Assembly (NCBI GenBank): GCA_963514005.1
Contig: OY740788.1
Span: 38,192,001 to 38,256,000 of the forward strand
Direction of reading: 5' to 3'
From: Raja brachyura
Lineage: Eukaryota
DNA length: 64,000 bases
Below the pieces are notes generated by a model. It had not been told where the DNA came from and ran no database searches. It saw nothing but the letters and a program-made list of their open reading frames with translations. The translations under genes and the position numbers were made by a program. This document shows positions 39,281 to 51,100 of this stretch, piece after piece (the stretch's first letter is position 1; every line of letters begins with the position of its first letter).

Positions 39281-41134
39281 TCAGTGAAGTAGGCTCCATG
39301 CTGGACTATAGTGAAGTGTCCTAATTGCAATCGGTTCTGCATACTTTTGTCTTGACCGACAGGCCTTTTCCATTAGCAGCTTTTTACTCATCGTCACACA
39401 TTTATTTAACCTTTCTTTGTATAATTTAAGCCTTTTCTGTTGTTCATCTATTTGTCTACTTAAGTCACCTTTCTGGTTCTTATTCAAGAAGTAGGATTTA
39501 TATTGTCTTTGCAATGCAACACTGGCTTTGATTTGTGCTCTGTGTAGTTTTTTTGCTTCATAAGCAAGGTAGTGAGACTGCACTATAACTGCTGTATAAT
39601 TCAGTTTGAGGAAGTCTTTCCTAGATCGTTTAAGCCTTTTGTATCATTTCAGCCTTTTCTGTTGTGCCTCTGTTTGTCTTCTTAAGTCTTTCCTATACCA
39701 ACTCATACGGAGTACTGACTGCACTTTTATAGTAGCCCTCTTTTGCTTAACCCACTGCCTAACCACCATACTCTTGTAGGCGTTAAAGAAGGAACTGCAG
39801 ATGCTGGAGAATCGAGGGTTACACAAAAAAGCTGGAGAAACTCAGCGGGTGCAGCAGCATCTAAGGAGCGAAGGAGATAGGCGACGTTTCGGGTCGAGAC
39901 CCTTCTTCAGACTGGTCAGGGACCATACTCTTGTAGGCAGCCTGAATGGTAATAGTTGCATACCTCATTGACTGACATTACACAAACTGTGAATGCCCTA
40001 TTTCGCATCCTTTGTACCATCTCTCGATCGAAATGACTGCTTGTCACATAGCTCTGTAACCACGGTATGAAGCTTGCAGAGTGACTACAGCCCCCTTTTG
40101 CATCAAGAAATGTTTTCTTGTAATGCACATCATTATGAATGACTTAATATGGCATGCTGCCTTGATTTTCTCAACCAATACTCTGGCTCTGATCCCGCAG
40201 TAGAAGGCCTGAATACAAATCGCTTTTCTCAAACTATTATAATGTCTCACTTGGACATCACTTATCTGGTAAGCTCTGTATCGTTGCTGTACCGCAATAG
40301 CAGACCAGCGTAGTTTCTTGAAATACTGACGCTGTTTATACATCTGATAATAAGTCTGTATGACTTTGGCAGATTTGTGCATGCACCGCAATTGCTTTCG
40401 AACAACCATTCCTCAGTAGGCAGCCTGAAGTAGCACAACACTGCTGTGTACCTTCATGTAAGTCTTACGATCACTTTCCATTTGAAGGTGTGCCCTATAA
40501 TGGGTTTGTACTATTATAGCTACCGATCTCATTGCCTTGTATAGACGGTATACTCTGTGCATTCTAAATGCTGCTTGTATTACCGTTGTTGCCTTCTGTT
40601 TGTTCCGGATCTCTCTCCATACCTTCATACCGCTGAATGCAGCTTGAATAGTTAGGGTTGCCCTCTGGATGGCAATGTCCCTTTGCATTTGACTTTTGTC
40701 CCTTTGCCTTTTACCTTTGGCCTTTTGCACTTGATCTTCATCACTTGGCACTTGACTTTTGTCACTTTGTCCTTGACTTTTGTCACTCTCCCCTTGACTT
40801 TTGTCGCTTTGCACCTCCCGTTTGTCCTTTGAGGGATTCCCTGCCTCTTTAGTTCAGGCTCCATGCCTCTGGATGCCCTTGGAGATTTTGGTGAGAAATG
40901 AGCCATTAATGCCTCCTTACACTCCTCGTACGTTTTATCAGTGGGCTTTGCTGGCCGCAGACATGTACGTAAGGTGTGATGACTCTCTCTTCCTCAGCCT
41001 AATATGAACCATGATGTCTTCTTCTCTCCAGTGATACCATTGGAAATGAACGAAGCCTCCAAGACTTCAGTCCATTTCTCAAAATTACACCCAGTATCTA
41101 ACTGGGGCAACTTTCCTACCATTTGAAAAGCCAT
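39281..41134 (-). pseudogene. Chimeric gag / ASPM-like IQ reading frame of copy 1, disrupted
   Basis: ORF pieces 40652-40906, 40413-40814, 40044-40409, 39644-39826 and 39281-39583 are collinear with copy 2. The stops and frameshifts compared are at different positions from those in copy 2. Confidence 0.85.
39782..39921 (-). mobile_element. Penelope pLTR fragment inserted into the ASPM-like cargo
   Basis: 17-bp direct repeat ACCATACTCTTGTAGGC at 39765-39781 and 39922-39938; single copy at the empty site in copy 2; intact hammerhead core at 39883-39910. Confidence 0.88.
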
Positions 41135-44100
41135 GCTACCTGTTGCTATTCAGGTGCCCTATATTCTGTTCTCTCACTGTGTTTTCTGCCTTGGACTTAA
41201 TCCTTTTCATTCTAAGAAATTATCCAGCCCACTGACGATTACTTAATCTTATAACAATAGATTTATCCTAATAGCCAACATTTCAGGTTAATAGCCATTT
41301 AGAACATTTTAAACCATATTCCTTCTATGCACACAGATTTACTGTTAATAACTGTGACCAATGCATTACATCAAAACCAGTGCTTTTATTGTGAAGGATT
41401 TCACCGGTCCTGCTTTTACTTTGAAGGATTCCACCAGTCCAGCTTCTCGGCCTGTGAACTCTGGTGCATCCTCGACCTCTCGGATTCACCAGAGCTTCTG
41501 CCAAGGACACTGTTGCTTTTGCTGCTGGCCTCACCGGACCTCCGCTGCTATCGCTGGCTCAGCCGTTGCTGTTGCCTCCGCTGGCTTGCTGCCAAGTCGA
41601 CTCCTGCTGCTCCGCTGACTTGCCCTCCCGCTGGCTCCACAGCCCTCCCGGCTGCTACTGGACCCGCTGCTCAGCTCGTCACTGGCTCCCGTGGACGCCC
41701 TGCAGAAGGTGAGTCACTGCTCGTTACTGCTGCTTGTCCCCGCTGCTCCAAGCATCGGGACTGTGCCCCGTCATCGGGGGCTGGGTAAGTGCTGTGTCCC
41801 GCTTCTCTTGCGCGGACCCGCTTCTCTCTCGACAGGCTTTCTCCCACGACCGGGCTTTCTCGGCTCTCGGCTTCTCTCGCGGGGCCTGGTCCGCTTTTAC
41901 GCTCACAGTCGGGCTGACTCTGCTCCCGACCGAGCTTTGTCTACTTTCTCCCCCCACCGGGCTGACTGCTTCCGGCCGGGCTGAAGACTCGGCTTTTGTC
42001 GGTGGCTTTTCCGGACATGTCCGTGGCCTACACAGTACTAGGCCCTCACCCGACGTCTGTGGCTGCTACTGGGGCGGCCGTGGGCTACATGGTTCTCTTT
42101 CGTCGGTGGCTTCTTCAGACCTGCCCGTGGCCTACACGGTACTAGGCCCTCACCCGACATCTGTGGCTGCTGCTTGGGCCTGGCTGTGGGCTGCACAGCC
42201 CTGGAAAACGTTCCAGGTAAGTTGAGACCGTCGCTCCTCGCTTCCAGCTGCGCTCGGTGACCCTTACTGCCCGCTTGTCTTCCTTACGCTCTTGCTTCCC
42301 TGTGCTCTTGCTTCCCGTTCCGACCTTTTTTTTTGGTTCCAATTCAAAACCATTTGGCGCCAAATATTTTTGCTTGGTGCTGTTCCACTATGTTTCCAAA
42401 TACAACCTCTATTTTAACTCGTTATCGTTTTTCTTGGCTGTCCTTGTTCTTTTCTTCTTTGTTCTTTTATCCTCGTCACCAATTGTTATGTATTTGGGTG
42501 CTTGGAACAGACTTTAATAAGGCTCGGACACGGGAGTAAAGTAACAAGCGTCTTTATTCCAGGACGCCACCTTGAGTCTCCCACGCGCATGCGTACTTGC
42601 ACAAGACATCACATATGCTAATTATATCACATACCTAACACTCCTCCCCCTTTAACTTGGAGGCAGGTAACACCATTTTTATTACATACCTAACACGTCA
42701 CATGTTTTAAAACATAGACATTTGCTATTGGACCGAAAGACCTGAAATTTGTGTTGGGTCTATTGAGGCTAACTGCAGTTACTTGTCAGCAACTACTGGT
42801 ATGTGTACAAGCACAGTTAAAAGTGAACATTTAAAAAGTGCTATCTTCCAGTGTTTCACAGCAAACATTAATGAGATGGCAAGAAGTTCAGGTATGGATG
42901 AACTTTTCTTCTAATAAAGAAATCTGAAAAATGGTCCTTGATTGTACGAGGTATAAATCTTAACATATATTATATCATATCATATCATCATATCTATCTA
43001 TCTATATACTTTTAAAACTGTGTGTGTGTGTGTGTGTGTGTCTGTCTGATTTGTGTGTTGCGTGTGTTTATTTGTGTCAGATTTTTGACCTTTGATTTCA
43101 TGGTTCGCCAAAACCACACGCTCAAACTCCGAGAATTTTTCCATTTCGTAGGACATTACACTTTTACATTCACGGATCCACTCCTCATTACATTTAGGCA
43201 TTTTTATGTACACATTTTTGAATAAAATCCTCCCCCCCCCCCCCCCCCACACTCCCCCCCATTTTATGGCCTCCTGCTGGCCAGCCACCATAATGGCTGC
43301 TGCTGCTGTCCACCAAAAACGCCGCCATATTTCTTCTTTCGCTGGAGACTTTCGCTGCTGCCTCCAGGCTCTCCTCCTCCACCCCTCACGTTCGGGGACC
43401 AGACCCAACAGGTCTGCACTTGGTCTAGTATCAATTAAAACTGTGTGTGTGTATGTCATTTTGCCTTTGAAACTTATCTCCTCGAAAACCAGACGCAAAA
43501 ACGTGGAGATTTATACAGTTTCGGTAGGGATTAAAGGCGCAGAAAGATCAAGAAAGTTCTGCAGAACAAAGATTCTACAGCTTCGTTCCGCTATAGCGTC
43601 TTTGTTCTACAGATCTTGGGGCAGCGACTCCTCACGCGCTGAATCTTCTCCTCATAAGTTCTGCAGATCAGTGGATAGGGCGGTTATGGTGTAAAAGGAG
43701 CAAATTAAAAATATTAATATAATATCAAGGGAGGTTGTTAGCGTGTGTGCGGGGGGGTAGTTAGTGTGTGTGCCGCCACCCCCCCCCCCAGCCCCCACCC
43801 CTCCCCTCCCCCACACCCACATGCTGGGGGAACTGACCCAACGGGTCTGCACTTGCTCTAGTAACTATTAAAACTCTTGTTGGTTTGTAACGGATTCCAT
43901 TTTGCGAATATTCGTTTAAGGCGTTTGCGGATTTATTCCTCCACCCTTTGCCGTAACGGAGAAATATTTACATATTCCTGTACAGTTTTTCCTCCTCCAC
44001 ATTTTGTTTTAAAAATTGGAAAATTTGGTTATAAATTTCCCTGCTTTTTTAGTAAAAAAACATTACAAAAATTCAAAATCAAACTGCTGCATGAGTCACA

Positions 44101-44168
44101 GTGCCATCTCACAGATGTTCAATCACAATGGATCTCATTTACATATGATATGACATCACAATGGGACA

Positions 44169-44261
44169 GGGGTGGGAGATTGGAACCTTCACATGGTCCC
44201 ATGAATGCAATCAACCTGGCGTGCACAATCAAATAAAATCAAATAGAGCAAGTTGTCCTAC
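44169..44261 (+). mobile_element. HDV-ribozyme short element, copy C (internally deleted, 3' truncated), inside a Helitron-like unit
   Basis: GGGGTGGGAGATTGGAACCTTCACATGGTCC...TGCAATCAACCTGGCGTGCACAA...GTTGTCCTAC aligns to copies A and B. Confidence 0.75.
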
Positions 44262-46363
44262 CCCCCTCCCTCTCTCCACCCCCTCCCTCTCCCCCCCTAC
44301 CTCTACCCCTCCAATCTCTACCCCTCCTATCCTATCCTGCCCCTCTCCTCCACCCTCCCCTCTCCTCCATCCCCTCCTCTTCTCCCCCATCCACCTCCCC
44401 CCTCCTCTTCTCTTCCCCTCCACCTCTCCCCCTCCTCTTCTCCCCATTCTCTTCTCTCCCCCTCCACCTCTCCCCTCCTTATCTCTACCCCCTCCAACCC
44501 CCTCTTCTCTCCCCCTCCAACTCTCCCCTTCCCCACTCCACCCTCTCCCTCACTCACCCCCTCCTCTCTCTCCCCCTCCCTCCCCTCTACTCTCTCTCTC
44601 CTCTACTCTCTCTCTGTCCCACCTAATCTCTCACTCTCCCCTCTAATCTCTCTCTCCCCCTCCCTCCCACCCCCTGCCTTTCCCCCACTCCCCCTTCTCT
44701 CTCTCCCCCCTTCGCTCTCTCCCCTCCTCTCTCTCCCCCCTTCTCTCCCTCTTCCCCCTTCTCTCTCTCTCCCCCTTCTCTCTCCCCCTCCTCTCTCTCC
44801 CCTCCACTCCCTCCCTCTCTCACCCCCTCCAATCTCTCTCCACCCCTCCCCCTCTCCCCCCTCCCCCTCCTCTCTCCTCCCCTCTTCCCCTCCCCTTACC
44901 ATCTCCCCCTCCCCCTCTCTCCCCTTCCCCTCTCTCTCATCCCCCACCCCTCTCCTCTCCCCTCCCTCCTCTACCACCCCCCTTTCCCCTACCTGTCTCC
45001 CCTTCACCCTTCCCGCTCTCCTCCCCTCCCCATCCTCATCACTCTCTCTCCCATCCCCCTCCCCCTTCCAGCCCCTCTCCTCCCCCTCCCCACTCTCTCA
45101 CCCATCTCCCCCTACCCCTCCCCCCTCCCCCCTCTCCCCTCTCCTCTCCCACTCCCTCCCTCACCCCTCTCTCCTCACTCCTCTCTCCCCCTCTCTCTTC
45201 ACCCGACTCTCTTCCCCCTTCTCTCCATTCCCTATTCTCCTCACCCCTCTCTCCTCACCCATCCATCATCACCCCTCTCCGCCCCCTCTCCTCACCCCTC
45301 TCTCCAGCTCCTCCCCCTCTCCCTCCTCCACTCCCTACCACTCCTCCTACCCCCTCTCTCCCCAACCCTCCCTCCCCTTACACCCCTCCCCCACCCCTCT
45401 CCCCCTCCCTCCCCACTTCCCCTTCTCATCCCCCTCTGCCCCCTCCCCCACCCGTCTCTCCCCGCACCCCCCTCTCCTTCCCCACTACCTCCTCTCTCCC
45501 CCTTCCCCATCCCATCTCTCCACCCCTCTCCCACCACTCTCACATCCCCTCCCCCACCCATCTCTCCCCCCTCTTCCCCCTCCAACCCCCCTACCACTCT
45601 CCCCTTCCCCCTCTCCATGCTCTCCTCCCCCTCCCCATCCCCCACTCTCTCCCTTCCCCTCCCCAATCTCTCCCCATCTCCACCCTTCCTCCTCCCCCTC
45701 TCCTCCCCCTCTATCCTCCCCCCCCCTCTCCTCCTCCTTGTTCCTCACCCCTCTCCCCTCCTCCACCCACCTCTCTCCACCCACATCCACCCTCCTTCTC
45801 CCCTCCCCTCCTCCACCCACCTCCACACTCCTCCACCCCCAGCTCTCCCCTCCTCCACCCCCCTCTATCCCCCACCAAACCCCTCCCCCCTCCAACCCCC
45901 CTCTCCCCTCCTCCACCCCCTATACCCCCCACCAAACCCCCTCTCCCTCCTCCAACCCCCTCTCCCCTCCTCCAACCCCCTCTCCCCTCCTCCAACCCCC
46001 TCTCCCCTCCTCCAATCCCTTCTCCCCCCCTCCAACCCCCCATTCCCCTCCTCCACCCCCTCTACCCGCCACCAAACCCCCTCTCCCTCCTCCAACCCCC
46101 TCTCCTCCAACCCCCACTCCCCTCTACCCCCTCCCTTTCCCTCCCTCTTCCCCCTCACTTCCCCCCTCTCTCCCCACTCCCCCTCCTCCGTCTCCCCTCA
46201 TCTCTCCCCCCTCCCCCCTCCCCTCCTCTTTCCTCCTCTCTCCCCACCTCCTCTCCCCACCTCTCCGCTCCCCTCAACTCTCTCCCCCCCTCCTCCCCTC
46301 CCCTCTCTCTCTCCCCCTCCTCCTCCCCATCCCCCTCCCACATCCCCCTCCCCCCCCCCCCCC
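44262..46363. repeat. 2.1-kb C/T-rich low-complexity tract with a ~20-bp minisatellite near 45880-46110
   Basis: Almost no G on the + strand; CCTCCTCCAACCCCCTCTCC units. Confidence 0.95.
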
Positions 46364-46901
46364 CGTGTGTGTGTGAGATAGTTAGTTTGCATGTGAAGCC
46401 ACAGCACCCCCCCCCCCCCCCCCCCGCAACCGCACATTAAGGCATTGAGGGGACTGGACACAGCGGTCTCCCCTCCCTCCCCTCTCCCCACCCCATCTCC
46501 CCCTACTCCCCTCTCACCCCCCTTCTACCCCCTCCCCCCCCATGTGTGTGTGAGGGGTGGTTAGTGTGCATGTTGGTCTAGTGAGTTTTAAATGATTTAC
46601 TAAATTGTAATCAATATTTAACCTTTCTGCTCCATAACACAAATAATTTCATATATTTTGGTTGTTATTCATTCATAATTATTTAAAGCATTTGAGCTTT
46701 TAAAAATATTACTTTTACGTTTCCTCTTAACGTTTCACGTTCTTTCAATTTGGGTACAAATCCCAATCTATATTTTGTGCTCTGTAAAACGTATGGTTTA
46801 AAAACAAATTGTGCATTGGTTTATTTTTGGTTGGAGGTCAGTTACATTCTTCGGTGTGATCATCTACTGGGTCAGCTCGGTGTCCTCACTGTTATTAAAT
46901 A

Positions 46902-47360
46902 CAGTGAACCCTCGCAGTAACGGACCTCCATTTAGTGGAGGGTACACAAAATGCTGGAGAAACTCAGCGGGTGCAGCAACATCTATGGGTAGGGGTGGTG
47001 GAGTTTGGCTCTAGTGGACCGGTTCTTCCAATGCACCACCCCTACTCCACCCCTCCCCCCCCCCCCCCCACCACCACCTCCACCAGTTACCCAATAAGCT
47101 GGCATCAAGTAGTGTGCTTCCAGTTGTGGGAGTAGAGAGAGTGAGCAGCATGATAACGGAGTGATCAAACCCGTCCCCGGTGCACATCGTGTGAGGCTCT
47201 GCTGCCCCCAAACTACCGCTTGTTCAACCCCCCCGCCTACGCCATGTTCTCTCCCTCCCGGCCTTGGATTAAACTTCACCCCCCTCACTCGGTTATCGTG
47301 GACATTCGACAATAACAGAGACCATCCTCCCCCGTGATCCATTTTTGCGAGGGTTTAATG
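46902..47360. mobile_element. Tigger/pogo-like MITE
   Basis: TA|CAGTGAACCCTCG ... CGAGGGTTTAATG|TA (11/13 TIR match, TA flanks); contains a Penelope fragment at ~46940-46988. Confidence 0.65.
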
Positions 47361-47777
47361 TACTGAAATGTACTCAAGCATGATGCTTGGCGTCAAGTAA
47401 TTACATAAATGTGAAACCCACATTACAGAGATCGATAGATACAATACAATACAATAATATAATACTTTATTAACCAAGTATGTTTTGCAACATACGAGGA
47501 ATTTCATTTGCCAAGTCAGTCATACAAATAAAAAGTAACAGAACACACAAATTACATTTTAACATAAACATCCACCACAGTGACTCCTCCACATTCCTCA
47601 CTGTGATGGAAGGCGAAAAAAAAAAGTTCAATCTCTTCCCTTCTGTGTTCTCCCACGGTCGGGGGCCTCGAGCCTTCCATTGGTGGGACGATCTTGACTC
47701 CCGACTGCAAATTAGTGGTAATACCTTTATTCTTAATTATTCATATCAATCAATTTTATATGAATTTAACCCTAACA

Positions 47778-48172
47778 CTGCTATCTCTCCACATCACCGT
47801 CTATATTTCTTGTTTCCCTTATCCCTAACCAGTCTGAAGAAAGATCTCGACCCGAAACATCACCCATTCCTTCTCTCCAGAGATGCTGCCTGTCCTTCTG
47901 CATTAATGCAGCTTTTTGTGTCTATCTTCTGCTTCACTGCAAAATATCCTCAAGGTATGTCTACTTTGAAGAAGTTCTCCTCCTCTCTCCAATGAGAGTT
48001 CTGCAACATCCTCTCTCGCTGCTATCTCTCCACATCACCATCTTTATCCCTCAATTCCCTTTTCCCTAACCAGTCTGAAGAAGGGTTTCGACCCAAAACA
48101 TCACCCATTCCTTCTCTCCAGTGATGCTGCCTGTCCCGCTGAGTGTAACTCCAGCTTTTTGTGTCTATCTTT
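47778..48172 (+). mobile_element. Tandem Penelope pLTR units, 241-bp period
   Basis: Unit starts at 47778 and 48019; hammerhead-like cores at 47834 and 48075, both mutated. Confidence 0.8.
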
Positions 48173-51100
48173 GATTCATATTAAGAACTGCTTCCCCTCC
48201 CAAACTCACTTTGCAAATAGCCTTCTGGCTTTCTTTCCATTAATAAACTACTTTCAAAGTCAAATTGTAGAAACAAGGGTCTAAAGAAGGTACCCCAACA
48301 TGAAACGTCACCTATCCATGTTCTCCAGAGATGCTGCCTGACCCACTGAGTTACTCCAGCACTTTGTCTCCTTTTACTGTAAACTTCATCTTGCTTGTTC
48401 CCCCTCCCATCCCTTTCCAGGTATCTTGTTTCATTCATATTCAACAAAGCCCATGGATATCAAAATGGAGGTTTGTATATAATGCTTTCCAGATTGTCTA
48501 CTATTCTTCCCATATTGAAACTTTGTTAGAACCAAATATTTACAGTGAAACTTTTCAAGTTTTTAGTCCAGATACTAACATATTGTCTGGCTCCTGATAA
48601 TTGTGAAATGCTCATTACGAGGAAAGTGCTGAAATATTTCAAGGTAACAACATTATGTTGCAATCTAATAGATTGCCCTTATAGATGCACAATTCACAAA
48701 ATAGAAAGCCTTCCCTTCTAATGTTACTCTGAAATGCTGACATCATAATCAAAAATGGAACTATTCAATAACAACTACATCTACAGCACCATACCTTTAA
48801 TTTAGTCACAAGCCATTAAATCCAAGAAAAAGGCCGCATCTACAGTCAAATAAAAAAAGGCAATTATGTTAACATCTCATGATAATACATAAACTTCAAC
48901 ACAGCTCAGAAAATATATCAATCAAGTCAACAGGTGGCTTACATTAATGTCTCTGGTGAAACCTCGTCTAATAAAAATATTGAGCCTGCATTACATCAAG
49001 AATATGTTATATACATTGACACTGAATGCAATCCCAGTCTGCCTTTATTCTTACAATATATACAGCTTTCCAGCTACCTCCCCCCTTTTAATCTCACAGA
49101 CAGGTTTATGATTTATACGCTAAGGTTATTGACAATACGCAGAAGACTGCACAGAATCTGAGAGGCAGAATTTTCTAACGAGAAAGTTTTTGCTTACTTT
49201 GCGAGAAGGACAGAAAACTGATGGGTCTGGATGAGTCTCTCATGGAAATTGATGAAATGTAAATTCTCTGTTGACCCAGTCCTGGCAGTTTTCCACTGAA
49301 CAGATTAGGTTAAAATTCACCACAAAGTTCTATGATATTCAGTCCATTTTTCCAAATATATTAAATTGATAAAATATATTTCCAAATAACTCCAAATACA
49401 TTTATATGCATGTAATCCAAAGGGATACAGAACAAAGGGCAAATAAATCAGGTTTCCATTGTATTAACCAACAGTTCTTTGTGGTTAGGGTTGGGACAAT
49501 TAGCTGTGGAAATTATATTGGGCTTCTGCATTTTGTGTGCAATTTGAAAATTTCACAAGTTCTATCAAATCTGTGGAAAAGTTTGAAAATATGATTTTCC
49601 TTAAATAATGCTCTATTGTCCTCCCCAGAGAGAACCTGGTTTATGGTTCCAACTGAACCGAGACATTTACACAATCCTAGAAGTTGGGACAAGCATGCCC
49701 TGAGTCTTGAAGGACAACTTGCCAGATTCAGCAGGAGTGGACAGAGCAGTCTGTCTTATAAGATGTGATGAAAAGTACACACAATACTCTAGATGCAACC
49801 TAATTGGTCCATGTAGTTTGAGAACATCTTCCCTGCTCATATCATCCATGTTATATGCCTCATGGAACTACCCATTGAAATCGTCCTGGCTTCAAACATT
49901 TGACCAATTGTTCTATCATGCTTCCTATGTTTAAGACTAAAGTTATTAATATATATAATTGAAAACAAATGCAGCATAATGAGCTAACTGGAATTAGCCC
50001 TTCAAAAAAACTATAGTTAAATGAAGCAGTTGTATTTATGTTCATAAATTCATAATTTATAGGAGCAGAATTAGGCCATCATATCAAGTCTACTCCGCTA
50101 TTCAATTGTGGCTGATCTATCTTTCCCTCTCAAACACATTTCCCTGTTTTCTCGCCATAACCCCTGACATCAATACTCACCAAGTAACAATCCTTTGCTA
50201 CGTACCACTGGAACAATTTTGGATCCATCTTGTTACTTTCCCTTCAATCCCATGAACTTTTATTTCACTGACGCATCATTGATGTGGGACAATGTGAAAA
50301 GCCTTACTAAGATGTCGGAAAACATCGAATTCATCAACTTCATTGACCAAATTTGCCACCTTGGCAGTGCTATCCTGACATTTCTTAATTAATCTGTACC
50401 TTTCTAAATGATGATTAATGCTGTTTCTCTGAATCTTTTCCACCAGTGCGGACTGAACTGTAATTATCCGTAACTAATCCATGAAATGCTTGAACACTAA
50501 TAATAAAAAAATCTCTTGTCATAATAGATTATTCCTAAATAAAGCATGCATCATATCACAAAATATTTTGTTTAACTCAAACCTAAATCATATCACTACA
50601 TACAGTGCTTACATGAAACAAATCAAAATATTACATCAAATCATGTGTGCAATGCCTTAATTTTATCCCAGATGTTTTGCTTAAATACAAATATGCCATA
50701 TTTAAATTTCACCTAAATAACATCAAGATACACCTAGCTTAAACAAAACCTATTGCACGTGGGAGCCAGTGGAGGCAAATATCATAGATTCATGCACCCT
50801 GCAGGATACCAGCCCTGTTACCCATTGTTGCCATTAGATTTCTCCTAATTGAATCATATCTAGTAACCTCGACCACATTTGCAACTGTTGACAATTCTCC
50901 ACATAGAATAATGTTTCCCTTTTTGGATCAGTATTCTGCTAATATTTTTCCAACCATTTCATTACATTTGTAGACCATTTAAAGTAACCTTGGCTAAAAT
51001 CCAAATGCATATTTTCATGCTTATTGCAATTCTTAGTTCACTAACTATCAGATGACATTTGGTGCTCTATGATAGCCACGTCCCCTAAAGAATAAGAGGA

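Larger units (their letters stand above)
38560..42695 (-). mobile_element. Same LTR element family, copy 1 (inverted, more decayed)
   Basis: 5' LTR 42484-42695; PBS TGGTGACGAGGAT at 42481-42469; partial 3' LTR 38560-~38644 next to a PPT; flanks tgtca/cgtca (4/5 TSD). Gag ATG at 41134. Internal region largely collinear with copy 2. Confidence 0.88.
43001..46581 (+). mobile_element. Three adjacent non-autonomous Helitron-like units
   Basis: 5' TCTATATA..TAAAACTG. 3' ends: hairpin CAGACC-CAACA-GGTCTG plus CTAG at 43428; GACCC-AAC-GGGTC plus CTAG at 43861; TTGGTCTAG at 46581 (no clear hairpin). Each unit restarts with TTAAAACT. Confidence 0.72.

Noticed and set aside
44253-46381. 707-aa Pro/Ser/Leu ORF and overlapping Gly/Glu/Arg ORFs
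   Set aside because: A by-product of a C/T tract that can hardly form stop codons; no domain or splice structure.
46990-47045. Hairpin GGGGTGGTG...CACCACCCC as a pre-miRNA
   Set aside because: Short imperfect stem inside a MITE, with no recognisable mature miRNA.
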